DNA of 46,509 nt from Candidatus Moduliflexus flocculans (GCA_000739515.1 DF820455.1:1258203-1304711), one strand, 5' to 3'. Shown: positions 1-9,795, counted from the stretch's first letter. The notes: generated by a model from the sequence alone, not told the origin. Made by a program: numbers and translations.

Positions 1-1247
1 TCAACGCCCGCGTGCCGGGACGGTGGAGCGAAGTCGTCGCAGCAGGCACGGCGTCGGCGGAAGAAGTCACGGCGCGGACGCTCTATGAGCCAGTAGCCGA
101 CACGCAGGCCAATGAGACATCCGATTCCGAAACAGGCGAGAGCGAGGAAGAGTCCGAACCATCGTATTATGAAGTGATAGACTCGCTGGCAAAGCAGATG
201 CAGCCGTTGCTCGAGGCTGACCCGGTGCTTGTACTGGATTTTACGAACCTGCAAGGCCGCGTGACCGGAATGGGGGTGAATTTAGCAGACAGCATCACAA
301 GCGAATTGAGAAGCTCGGAATATACCTTTCTGCGTCCGACGGAAAATCTTTGGCAATCTGTCTCTGCGACTGGCTTCGAGCAGCGGACGCCGGAAGTGTT
401 AGCACAATTCAAACAAGCCACTGATGCGGTCACCATCGTGACTGGAATGTATCTGATTGTCGGCAATCGCTTCCATATCACGGTCAGCGCATGGAACGCC
501 GACACCGGCGAATGTATCGGCTCGCAGGCGGTGAGTCTATCGAATGAACGAGTCAGTTCCTATTCCGGCTGGGAATTAAACAGCATTCCGTTTGCGGATG
601 TGGTGAAAACCGCCTGGAAAAACATGAACCTCGCAACGGATCACGGCACGACTGATCCGATAGTGTATCCAGAAAACAGCCTGCGGGATGTCTATTACCG
701 GCTCAAAACCTTTGCGGAGTTTGGAGACGTTGCCAGTGCGTTTGGCGGTGAGGTGTTCCTTTCAGGGCCGCATGCGAACGCGGCGCTGAACCTCGACGCG
801 AAAGATGCCTTTGGGCATTATAACCCGGCGTTTGTGGTCTGGCTCGGCGAGACGCTGATTCCCGGCGCGACCGATTCCGCGTTCCGCGAGGCGACGCAGG
901 GTGTCTATGACGAGTATTTCCGCAAGCTGGCGCGGAATGCGTATTTCGTCTATCGCAAGGCGCTTGCGGAACTGAAGAGCGATCCGAATGCGATGGAAGC
1001 GCGGAAACAGGCGTATTTAGACGCGATCAAAACCGGGAAACTCTATGAATATTGCTACGAATCCTGCGCGATTGCCGAAGCGGCAGACCTGAACGCGCCG
1101 GAAGAGGATTTCGACGGCGGCGTCGCCTGCTCGGTTTCTTGCTTCTTAGTGCGGCGCGCGATTGATGGCACGTTCGATGAGTTTTACGGCGTGCTGCTGA
1201 AACTGCTGAAAGCCTATGACAGCGAGTTTTTGAGCCAGAATCCGTAA
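1..1247 (+). CDS. Hypothetical protein, 5'-truncated at the window edge. The N-terminal part carries a CsgG/LpoB/TolB-N-like periplasmic motif (VLVLDFTNL...GVNLADSITSEL...YLIVGNRFHITVSAWNADTGECIGS).
   Basis: The reading frame is open from the first base. The ORF track gives 12..1247, but codons 3..11 carry no stop. The motif identification comes from my recall of that domain family and is not verified. Confidence 0.45.
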   Translation, partial: NARVPGRWSEVVAAGTASAEEVTARTLYEPVADTQANETSDSETGESEEESEPSYYEVIDSLAKQMQPLLEADPVLVLDFTNLQGRVTGMGVNLADSITSELRSSEYTFLRPTENLWQSVSATGFEQRTPEVLAQFKQATDAVTIVTGMYLIVGNRFHITVSAWNADTGECIGSQAVSLSNERVSSYSGWELNSIPFADVVKTAWKNMNLATDHGTTDPIVYPENSLRDVYYRLKTFAEFGDVASAFGGEVFLSGPHANAALNLDAKDAFGHYNPAFVVWLGETLIPGATDSAFREATQGVYDEYFRKLARNAYFVYRKALAELKSDPNAMEARKQAYLDAIKTGKLYEYCYESCAIAEAADLNAPEEDFDGGVACSVSCFLVRRAIDGTFDEFYGVLLKLLKAYDSEFLSQNP

Positions 1248-1265
1248 TATAAATAGAGAATCAAA

Positions 1266-1298
1266 CCTCACAGGTTTCAAAAACCTGTGAGGTTTGTT
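1266..1298 (+). terminator. Family-1 palindromic hairpin CCTCACAGGT-tttcaaaa-ACCTGTGAGG followed by TTTGTTG. Terminator-like or REP-like.
   Basis: A perfect 10-bp inverted repeat read directly in the sequence. It sits 19 bp after the stop of the preceding gene. Near-identical copies occur at 9764-9795 and 32326-32352. Confidence 0.6.
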
Positions 1299-1320
1299 GC
1301 CATTCCTGACAGGTGTGAAT

Positions 1321-2452
1321 ATGGAACAGCGCACGGTGATGATGGTTGATGATCAGCCCGATGTGTTGAAACCCTTGATCGAGTTTTTAGAAGGATCGGG
1401 GTTTCGGATTATCGTGGCGCAAAGCGGCGAGGCGGCGCTCAACCGGCTGAAAAAATTTCCGCTGCCGGATGTGATCCTGATGGATGTGCTGATGCCGGAG
1501 ATGGACGGTTTTGCGACGTGCCGGTCGATCAAAGAGATTGGTATCGCAAAAGATATTCCAGTGCTGTATATGACCGCGTTATCGGATACGGTCGAGTTAG
1601 TGAAGGGATTCCAGGCAGGCGGCGTGGATTATCTGACGAAACCGGTGCAACATGATGAAGTGTTCGCTCGCCTTCAGACACACCTGAAGATTAAGCATCT
1701 CCAACAAGAACTTCAGGAAAAAAATGCCGTATTAGAAACGAAAAACCGCCAGTTAGAAGAACTGAACGCCTGCAAAGACAAATTTTTTTCGATTTTAGCC
1801 CACGATTTGCGCGAGCCGTTTAATTCCTTGCTCGTGCTTACCGAACTCATCATTGACAATATCGAAGGATGGGAACCCCAGAACATCAAATCTATTGCCC
1901 AAAAAGTCCGGACCTCGGCGGGAAATCTGTATGAATTGCTTGAGAACCTGCTCACCTGGTCGCGTATTCAGCGGAACATGATGGAGGTGCATCCGCAGCG
2001 CATCAATCTGACCCATGTTGTCGCTCAAAACATCTCTCGTCTGGAAGTCTCAGCCCAAAAAAAAACAAATTCACCTTTATAACCAGATGCCGTCAGAATT
2101 ATTTGCGTATGCTGACGCGCAGATGGTGGATGCGATTTTACGCAATCTCCTCTCGAATGCCTTGAAATTTACGCCTGCGAACGGCGCGATTACGATTTCG
2201 GCAGAATCGGATGGCACAATGACCGCTGTTTCGGTGGCGGACACCGGCATCGGCATTCCTGAAACGATGTTGCGAGATGTGTTCCGCGTTGATGTCAAAA
2301 TCAGCCGCAAAGGGACTGCCGGAGAAACCGGGACAGGGTTGGGGTTGGTGCTGTGCAAAGAATTTATTGAACAGAACAATGGAACGCTGAATGTCACGAG
2401 CCACGTCGGGGAAGGGACGACCTTTACATTCACGCTGCCGTTGTCGCAGTAA
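1321..2452 (+). pseudogene. Hybrid response regulator / histidine kinase (REC - coiled coil - HisKA - HATPase_c) interrupted by a single-base frameshift in an A9 homopolymer (2057-2065).
   Basis: ORF 1294..2082 carries the REC domain (VMMVDDQPD...ILMDVLMPEMDGF) and the H-box (ILAHDLREPFNSL). ORF 2015..2452, in the +1 frame, carries the N, G1 and G2 boxes (LLSNALKFT, DTGIGI, GTGLGLVLC). The two frames join cleanly if the A run is 8 rather than 9. ATG 1321 is chosen as the start; GTG 1315 or TTG 1294 are alternatives. Confidence 0.75.
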
Positions 2453-2495
2453 TTCAGTGACGTTACGCAGCAGGTTCGATACGAATGGCCGCACA

Positions 2496-2639
2496 CTCCC
2501 CTACTGGGAGCAGGGTTGTGACGTTCTCTCACCTCACCCCCGGCCCCTCTCCGAAGGAGAGGGGAGACGCCCTCCCCTTCGGGGAGGGGGGGGGAGGGGT
2601 TTCCGGGAGAACGTCACAGTCCTGCCTCCTGGGAGGGGA
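2496..2639. repeat. Composite GC-rich inverted-repeat element. Roughly 32-bp imperfect terminal inverted repeats (cccctactgggagcagggttgtgacgttctc / gagaacgtcacagtcctgcctcctgggagggg) flank two internal tetraloop hairpins (cccctctcc-gaag-gagagggg; ccctcccc-ttcg-gggaggg) and a G9 tract.
   Basis: Inverted repeats and hairpins read directly from the sequence. The element lies in the 330-bp gap between the frameshifted HK gene and the giant kinase gene. Confidence 0.6.
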
Positions 2640-2784
2640 ATGGTCGGCGGCGCGACGTAATATCAGTAATTCGGTTTCTAACGTTTTTTTGATGCCTCGT
2701 CGCCTTTCAGGATGCCAGGGTGGTTAAGTTCCCAACTGCGCCAACGGCGCAACTCATATTAGCCCGTTCTGTGCGAAAAATAGT

Positions 2785-5700
2785 ATGAATGCCGCATTTC
2801 AGCCATTTATCGCGCCGCCGCTGTTATTGTATGACGGAGAGAATTCGCGCATTTATCGCGCAGAACTCGTTGAAACTCATGCGCCCGTCATTCTGAAAGT
2901 CCTTCGTTCCGATACCCCCACCCAACGCCAGCGCATTCAATTTTATAACGAATACGATTTTACCAAAGATTTGACCATTACAGGCGTGCGTTCTGCCTGC
3001 GGTCAGACGATCATCGAGCGGCATGATACACTGATTTTGCATTATGTGGATGGCTGCACGCTGAAGGAATGGCTGACGCACACTCCGCGTGCGTTGTCCG
3101 ATTTGCTACGAGTGGCGATTCGGATCGCGCAGATTCTCGGCGAAATTCACCAACATCACCTGATTCACAAGGATATCAACAGCCAGAATATTTTGATCCA
3201 ACCGGAACAGCAGAATGTGACGATTATTGATTTCGGCATTGCGTCGAAAGTGAGCTTAAAAATGCCGCATCTCGGCCACCCTGACCTGCTGGAAGGGACG
3301 CTGGCCTATATCTCGCCGGAGCAGACCGGCAGGATGAACCGCGTGGTGGACGAGCGCACCGATCTCTATTCTTTAGGCGTCACGCTGTATGAGATGTTTA
3401 CCGCGCATCTGCCGTTCGAGTCAGACGACCCGATGGAATTGGTGCATGCACATCTTGCCAAAACGCCGACCTCGCCGAATCAGATCAATCCCGAAATTCC
3501 TGATGCGCTTGGCCGCATTTTATTAAAGTTGTTAGCTAAAAATGCCGAAGACCGCTATCAATCGGCGTTTGGGCTGAAATGGGATTTGGAACAGTGCTTG
3601 GCGCGCCTTGAGACGTCATCTGTTTCCGCAATTGACGCGGAATTTCAGCTTGCGCAGCGCGACATTTCCGGCAAACTTCACCTGCCAGAGCGGTTGTATG
3701 GCCGGGAGCAGGAAATTGAAATCTTGCGGCAAGCATTTGAGCGGATCGCAAGCGCTTCTTCAAATGCGGCAGGGCATTCGGGGAAGGCCGAGTTACTGTT
3801 GGTTTCCGGCGTTGCCGGCGTTGGAAAATCGGCGTTAGCGCACGAGATGCACAGTCCGGTTGCCGCGCAACAGGGCTATTTTATTCAGGGCAAATTCGAT
3901 CAATTCCAGCAAGATATTCCGTATAGCGCGTTTATTCAAGCATTCGAGCAATTCGTCGAGGCACTGTTGACCTTCCCGGAAGCCGAACTCCGGCGCTGGC
4001 GCGACGCACTTCTTGCGGCGGCGGGGGGCATCGGCAAAGTGCTGACCGAATTGATTCCGACCTTAGAGTTCATTATCGGCAAGCAGCCAGAACTACCGGT
4101 TTCAGACAGCATTTCCGTTCAAAATCGTTTTGATTATGCGCTGCGCTGCTTCATTGGCGCCATCGCCCGCGCCGACCACCCGTTAGTGATTTTCTTAGAC
4201 GATTGGCAGTGGGCGGATTGGCCGTCTATCAAGCTGCTGGAAACGCTGTTGATGGATAAGACGCTTGAGCATCTCCTGATCATTGCGGCGTTCCGGGAAA
4301 ATGAGGTCGTTCCGACGCATCCATTTCTCCTGGCTGTGGAGCAGATCAGACAGACCGGAAGAGGCGCGCAGACGCTCCAGATCAAAAATCTAACCTTTGC
4401 CGATGTCTGCGCGTTGCTGGCGGACGCGCTTCAAAATCGCGCAATTGCTAACGTGCAGGGGTTAGCGCGGTTAGTGTATGGCAAGACGCAAGGGAACGCT
4501 TTTTTTACGCGCCAATTTCTGATCGCGCTGTATGAAGATGGCTTGCTGACGCTTGATTCCGAACAAATGGCGTGGCGCTGGGATATCGAGCAGATTCGAG
4601 AGAGAGCCATCTCAGATAACGTGGTCGCGCTGCTCACGCAAAAAGTGCAAAAGTTTTCCGCCGCGACGCAGCGCGCCTTATCCTTCGCGGCCTGCATCGG
4701 CAATCAGTTCCCCCTCTCCACCTTAGCCATCATTGCCGAACGGGAAGCGGCTGCCGTCAATCAGCTCTTAGAACCGGCAATTCTTGAAGGGTTGCTGCTC
4801 CCGAATCATCTCCATTTTCACCGGGCTGATCCGACGACCCTGCTCTATCGGTTTGCGCATGATCGCATCCAACAGGCGGCGTATACTCTTGTTCCCGATG
4901 CGGAGAAGCAGGCCGCACACTTGCGAATCGGGCGGCTGCTCCTCTCGAATATTCAGAAACATCAGTTCAGCGCAGATTCGGCTGAAATGGCGCGTTCGCC
5001 AGAACTTGACGAACGCCTGTTCGAAATTGTCAACCATTGGAATCTCGGACGGCACTTGATTGAAACGGCGGCAGAAAATATCGTGTTGGCGCGTTTGAAC
5101 CTGTGGGCAGGGCAAAAAGCCAAAGCGTCTGCCGCGCATGAATCCGCGCTGCATTATCTCTCCATCGGGATTGAGAACCTGCCAGAAGATGCCTGGGAAC
5201 GCTGGTATCCATTGACCTTTGCACTCTACCGTGAACAGTATGAATGCGCGTATGTATCAGGGAATTTCGAACAGGCGGAGCAACTATTTTCAATGATTTT
5301 GACTCATGCTCATTCAACAATAGATGCGGCAGCGATCTATAATATTCGCTTGATCAATTATGTCGGAGTCGCAAAAGAGCATGAATCATTCGATATTGGT
5401 CAGAAGGCGCTGCGCTTGTTCGGGATGAGCTTACCTGAAGGCGATCTGAATGCCGAGATTGTCAGAGAATTAGAGGCGATTCAGATGCGTTTACGCAACA
5501 AAGCGATTGCCGATCTTGTGCATCTGCCGCTCGTCACACATCCAGAATGCCGTGAAGCGATCAGAATTTTTATGAACCTTCTTACGCCCGCTTTTATCAG
5601 TAATCCCCTGTTATTCAAGTTTCTTATTGCGAAAGTCGTGCATATTAGCTTAGAAGAGGGTTTAACTCCAGAAATGCCCCAGGTATTCGCCGGATATGCC

Positions 5701-8700
5701 TCATTATTGGAAGAGATGTTTGACGATTATCACACCGCTGCCGAATTCGGGCGATTAGCGATCCGCCTGAGCGAGCGTTTTGATAATCCCTCGCAAAAGT
5801 GTCGAACGTACCATACAGTTGCAATATTTATCAAGCCTTGGATAAAGCCGTTGCATTCCAGCACGGCGTTAGCCCGGCAAGGCTTCCAATATGGGATGGA
5901 ATCGGGCGAATTCGCGTATGCGGTTTATTGTCTGACGGTGGTGGCATTAATGCGGCTGACGCAGGGCACGGAATTGAACAGCGTCTTGCAAGTGTTTATC
6001 GAGATGGATAACATTTCTCAAAAAGCGCGCTACTATGGAATTGTGGAAAATATTCTCGCCACGCGGCAATTAGTTATCTGTCTTCAAGGACATACGGCCA
6101 ATCCAGGAACGTTTAATGATGAACACTTTTGCGAGGAGACATTCTTAGAGCAGATGAAGATGTCTCCTGTGGCTCGTTGTGAATTTTATACATATAAATT
6201 ACAAGCGTTTTATCTGTATGAGCGTTATGAAGACGCCTGGCGCATGGCACTTCACGCTGAGCCGCTGTTGCCTTCTATGGCTGGAATTGTGGCTGAAGCC
6301 GAGTATAATCTGTATGCGTCATTGACGCTCTGCGCTCTGTATTTAGCGGCGGATTCGCTGGAACAACAGCAATATCGCGAACGCTTGCGGGTAAATCAAC
6401 AACGGATGCAACGCTGGGCTGAGAATTGCGCTGAAAATTTCAGGCACAAATATCTGCTGATAGAAGCCGAAATCGCCAGAATCGAAGGGCGAGATTGGGA
6501 GGCTGTTGCTAACTATCGTCAGGCCATTGCCGAAGCCCGACAGCAGAAATTCCTCCAAAATGAGGCGATTGGAAATGAATTGTTCGCCAAATTCTGGCTC
6601 GCGCATGGGGACGAGCGTTTGGCGAGCGCCTGTCTCGCCGATGCGTATGATGGCTACCGGCGCTGGGGCGCTGATGGCAAAGTCGCTGACCTGAAAGCGC
6701 GTTATCCGCATCTGCTTATCAGAATGTCATTTGCGCAGCGTCCTTCGGGACAGGAGACCTCTCAAACAGACACGTCCAGCAACAGCACGACCGGCGCGAT
6801 GCTGGATGTCGCGACGGTCTTGAAAGCGTCACAGACGCTTTCCAGCGAGATTGTGCTGCCGGAATTGCTGAAAAAGATGATGCGGCTCGTGATGGAAAAT
6901 GCCGGGGCGCAAAAGGCGGCGCTGTTGCTCGAACAAAATGGCGTCTGGTTGGTGGAAGCTGAGAGCAGGATGGACAATGAAGAAATCGCGACCTTGCAGG
7001 CGCGTCCGCTTGACGAGCGTGATGGACATGCCGCGCCAGCCTTTGCACAGGCGATTATTACGTATGTCATGCGGACACAAACGCCGGTCGTGCTGCATGA
7101 TGCGGCCAATGAAGGCGTCTTCATTCATGATCCGTACATTATCGCACAACGTCCGAAATCTATTCTCTGCCTCCCGCTCATCAAGCAGGGACGGCTCGCC
7201 GGAATGCTTTATCTTGAAAATAATCTCGCGACCGGAGTCTTTACGCCCGTTCGGCTTGAACTATTAAACGCGCTTTCGGCGCAGATGATGATTTCGATTG
7301 AAAACGCGCTGCTGTATGCGACGCTTGAAAACAAGGTCAAAGAGCGCACGCGCGATTTAGAAACTGAAAAAGAAAAATTGCAGATCAGCGAACAACACGC
7401 GCAGGAATTAAAAGAGGCTGCCGAAACCGCCAATCGCGCGAAAAGTACCTTTTTGGCGCATATCAGCCATGAACTGCGCACGCCATTAAACGGCATTTTA
7501 GGCTATACTCAGTTGCTTCGCAATGATATTGGACTCGCCGGAAAACAACGCGACGCGGTGGCGGCGATTCATCGAAACGGAGAGCATCTGCTGCTGCTCA
7601 TCAACGATTTGCTTGATCTCTCGAAAATCGAATCGCAAAAGATGGAATTGTTCTTACAGACGTTTCCGCTGCCACTCTTTCTACAGAATCTAGTGGAAAC
7701 CAACGCCGATCGCGCCGCGCAGAAGGGACTGCGCGTCTATGCGGAGCTTTCGCCCGATCTCCCGCCCTTTGTGCATGCCGATGAGCGCCGTCTGCGGCAG
7801 ATACTCTTGAATCTGTTCAGCAATGCCATCAAATTTACGCATCATGGCTCAATCGTATTGCGTGTGTATCCTATCGAGGAGAGCAATCAGTCATCTTCTC
7901 CGCGCATTCATTTTGAAATTCAAGATACAGGCATTGGCATTGCCACCGAACATCTCTCGCAAGTTTTTATGGCATTTTTTCAGGTGAATCATCAATCCGC
8001 CTACGAAGGAAGCGGGTTAGGACTCACGATCAGCCAGCAGCTCGCGCGCCTCATGGGAAGCGAATTACGCGTCAACAGCACGGTCGGCAAAGGCAGCGTG
8101 TTCTGGTTCGAGGTGCGCCTTGCTGCTGCGGCAAACGCTTATGCGAACATTGCGCCGCCGCAGCGCCACATCCTCGGCGTTCGTGGCGAACAACGCAAAA
8201 TTCTGATTGTGGACGATCATGCCGGAAACCGGCAATTTTTGCAGGCATTGCTGCTCCCCTTAGGGTTTGACGTTCGCGAAGCCAGCAATGGACAGGAAGC
8301 AATTGAAATCGTCAGAACATGGCAGCCAGACGCGATTTTGATGGATTTAGTGATGCCGGTCATGGATGGATTCGAAGCGACCCGCCATATCCGCACTCTG
8401 AAAACTCACCCTGTTGTTATCGGCATCTCGGCCAGCGTGCTGACTCCGGCACGTCAAAATAGCTTTGCGGCAGGCTGCGATGATTTTTTGCCAAAACCGG
8501 TCTCATTCATCGAGCTATTGGACTGTTTGCAGCGGCATTTAGCGTTAGAGTGGGTCTATGCAAACACCGACGCAGACGACCTGGAAACGAAAGACGTTCG
8601 ACCGCCGAAAACAATCGTCTCTCCGACAACGACTCCTTCTCAGGATGTGCTGCTGAATATTTTACGATGCGCGGAAGGCGGCGACGTGACAGATTTGCAC

Positions 8701-8829
8701 GACTTGCTGGACGACTTAAAGAATGCCTCACCTGAGTTGCTTGCGTTTGTTACGAAGATCGAATCTCTCGCGAATCATTTTCAATTCGAGCGTATTCGCG
8801 AGTTCGTGAGATCATTGCTGCCCGTTTGA
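2785..8829 (+). CDS. Giant multi-domain sensor protein: Ser/Thr protein kinase + AAA/NTPase (Walker A GVAGVGKS) + long helical/TPR-like region + GAF + coiled coil + HisKA + HATPase_c + receiver domain + roughly 90-aa C-terminal tail.
   Basis: Kinase subdomain motifs HKDINSQNILI, DFGIA and YISPEQ. P-loop VSGVAGVGKSALAHE. H-box AHISHELRTPLNGILGY. N/G boxes LLNLFSNAIKFT, DTGIGI and GSGLGLTIS. REC motifs ILIVDDHAGN...ILMDLVMPVMDGFE. The ATG at 2785 is the first start in the ORF. Confidence 0.9.
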   Translation: MNAAFQPFIAPPLLLYDGENSRIYRAELVETHAPVILKVLRSDTPTQRQRIQFYNEYDFTKDLTITGVRSACGQTIIERHDTLILHYVDGCTLKEWLTHTPRALSDLLRVAIRIAQILGEIHQHHLIHKDINSQNILIQPEQQNVTIIDFGIASKVSLKMPHLGHPDLLEGTLAYISPEQTGRMNRVVDERTDLYSLGVTLYEMFTAHLPFESDDPMELVHAHLAKTPTSPNQINPEIPDALGRILLKLLAKNAEDRYQSAFGLKWDLEQCLARLETSSVSAIDAEFQLAQRDISGKLHLPERLYGREQEIEILRQAFERIASASSNAAGHSGKAELLLVSGVAGVGKSALAHEMHSPVAAQQGYFIQGKFDQFQQDIPYSAFIQAFEQFVEALLTFPEAELRRWRDALLAAAGGIGKVLTELIPTLEFIIGKQPELPVSDSISVQNRFDYALRCFIGAIARADHPLVIFLDDWQWADWPSIKLLETLLMDKTLEHLLIIAAFRENEVVPTHPFLLAVEQIRQTGRGAQTLQIKNLTFADVCALLADALQNRAIANVQGLARLVYGKTQGNAFFTRQFLIALYEDGLLTLDSEQMAWRWDIEQIRERAISDNVVALLTQKVQKFSAATQRALSFAACIGNQFPLSTLAIIAEREAAAVNQLLEPAILEGLLLPNHLHFHRADPTTLLYRFAHDRIQQAAYTLVPDAEKQAAHLRIGRLLLSNIQKHQFSADSAEMARSPELDERLFEIVNHWNLGRHLIETAAENIVLARLNLWAGQKAKASAAHESALHYLSIGIENLPEDAWERWYPLTFALYREQYECAYVSGNFEQAEQLFSMILTHAHSTIDAAAIYNIRLINYVGVAKEHESFDIGQKALRLFGMSLPEGDLNAEIVRELEAIQMRLRNKAIADLVHLPLVTHPECREAIRIFMNLLTPAFISNPLLFKFLIAKVVHISLEEGLTPEMPQVFAGYASLLEEMFDDYHTAAEFGRLAIRLSERFDNPSQKCRTYHTVAIFIKPWIKPLHSSTALARQGFQYGMESGEFAYAVYCLTVVALMRLTQGTELNSVLQVFIEMDNISQKARYYGIVENILATRQLVICLQGHTANPGTFNDEHFCEETFLEQMKMSPVARCEFYTYKLQAFYLYERYEDAWRMALHAEPLLPSMAGIVAEAEYNLYASLTLCALYLAADSLEQQQYRERLRVNQQRMQRWAENCAENFRHKYLLIEAEIARIEGRDWEAVANYRQAIAEARQQKFLQNEAIGNELFAKFWLAHGDERLASACLADAYDGYRRWGADGKVADLKARYPHLLIRMSFAQRPSGQETSQTDTSSNSTTGAMLDVATVLKASQTLSSEIVLPELLKKMMRLVMENAGAQKAALLLEQNGVWLVEAESRMDNEEIATLQARPLDERDGHAAPAFAQAIITYVMRTQTPVVLHDAANEGVFIHDPYIIAQRPKSILCLPLIKQGRLAGMLYLENNLATGVFTPVRLELLNALSAQMMISIENALLYATLENKVKERTRDLETEKEKLQISEQHAQELKEAAETANRAKSTFLAHISHELRTPLNGILGYTQLLRNDIGLAGKQRDAVAAIHRNGEHLLLLINDLLDLSKIESQKMELFLQTFPLPLFLQNLVETNADRAAQKGLRVYAELSPDLPPFVHADERRLRQILLNLFSNAIKFTHHGSIVLRVYPIEESNQSSSPRIHFEIQDTGIGIATEHLSQVFMAFFQVNHQSAYEGSGLGLTISQQLARLMGSELRVNSTVGKGSVFWFEVRLAAAANAYANIAPPQRHILGVRGEQRKILIVDDHAGNRQFLQALLLPLGFDVREASNGQEAIEIVRTWQPDAILMDLVMPVMDGFEATRHIRTLKTHPVVIGISASVLTPARQNSFAAGCDDFLPKPVSFIELLDCLQRHLALEWVYANTDADDLETKDVRPPKTIVSPTTTPSQDVLLNILRCAEGGDVTDLHDLLDDLKNASPELLAFVTKIESLANHFQFERIREFVRSLLPV

Positions 8830-8845
8830 CAAGGCTGCCAGCAAT

Positions 8846-9355
8846 TTACACTTCACGCGAATGAGCGGTTTGAGAAAATTTTAGCTGGTGGACATTATTC
8901 AGATATGTATGCTCGCTTGTGCTTAATAGTTGGAGCATTTGGGCTTTTTTGGCCGGATTGAGAATATCATCGAGCGTAATATTGGCGATAATCCCCATGA
9001 TGAATTTTTGGATTTCCCCCCAGATTGGCGAGATCTGACACGTGTCTGCCTGACCGCATTGCGCGGCATCTATCAGGCAATTCACCATATAAATTTTCCC
9101 TTCAATCACTTCGATAATGTCGCGCAGGCTGATCAATTCAGGCGCCCGCGATAATGTAAATCCGCCGCCGCTGCCGCGCCGCGAAAGCAGTATTCCGCCA
9201 CGACAGAGGTCTTGTAGAATTTTTCCTAAATACGATTTTGGAATCTGGCTCTGTTCCGAGATTTCGTCAATCGAAACATATTGCCCTCTGGCATGTTGCG
9301 CAATATAAAACAGCGCCAAAATGCCATAATTCCCGCGCGCAGTCAATTGCAGCAC
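8846..9355 (-). CDS. Rrf2-family (IscR/NsrR-like) transcriptional regulator with a three-cysteine cluster-binding motif (CLIDAAQCGQADTC).
   Basis: N-terminal winged helix matches the Rrf2 pattern (LQLTARGNYGILAL...VSIDEISE...IPKSYLGKILQDLCRGGILLSRRGSGGGFTLSR). GTG 9353-9355 gives a canonical Rrf2 N-terminus. The ORF-track start at 9382 is TTG and adds 9 atypical residues. Confidence 0.8.
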   Translation of the reverse strand: MLQLTARGNYGILALFYIAQHARGQYVSIDEISEQSQIPKSYLGKILQDLCRGGILLSRRGSGGGFTLSRAPELISLRDIIEVIEGKIYMVNCLIDAAQCGQADTCQISPIWGEIQKFIMGIIANITLDDILNPAKKAQMLQLLSTSEHTYLNNVHQLKFSQTAHSREV

Positions 9356-9763
9356 GACGTATCCCCCTCTTCTTAATGGCAAGGCTGTGAAGTTCTCGTT
9401 CCGCGTGGAACGAGGGGCAGCGCAACCCTCACAGGATTTAGAACGTCACAACTCTGCCTTCTTAATGGTCGAAGAATGTAATGCAGGTTTCTGTTGTGCT
9501 GTATGGCCGAATGCGAAGAAGTCAAGAGCGCAAAAAAGAAAAAGCCGCCCCGCTGTGAGATCAGAAAAAACGAGGGACGACAGGGTTGTTATCGCATTAT
9601 TCAATGACATTGGAGCCGGAGAACGCGTGTCAAATCTTGAGTTGACCGCAATATCAAAATTTCGCGCTCCTCATCGAATCTTTCGTCGTTTATATCAAGA
9701 GAGAAACCGCTTGACCGATTTATCAATTTAGTAAAATGCAAAAAATACATTCGCACAACAGAC

Positions 9764-9795
9764 CTCACAGGTCTCGAAGACCTGTGAGGTCTCCA
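9764..9795 (-). terminator. Family-1 hairpin copy (CCTCACAGGTCTCGAAGACCTGTGAGG). Its TTGTTG tail lies on the minus strand, so it is oriented as a minus-strand terminator.
   Basis: Perfect 10-bp stems. It lies in the divergent Rrf2/alr intergenic region, with no annotated minus-strand gene upstream of it. Confidence 0.5.

Noticed and set aside
2391-2727. ORFs 2391..2660 and 2485..2727 (Gly/Arg/Pro-rich).
   Set aside because: They are translations of the GC-rich palindromic repeat element and the poly-G tract, not genes.
9387-9731. 114-aa plus-strand ORF in the Rrf2/alr intergenic region.
   Set aside because: It has an Arg/Ser-rich low-complexity composition, no RBS, and overlaps repeat fragments. 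It is more likely non-coding regulatory DNA.
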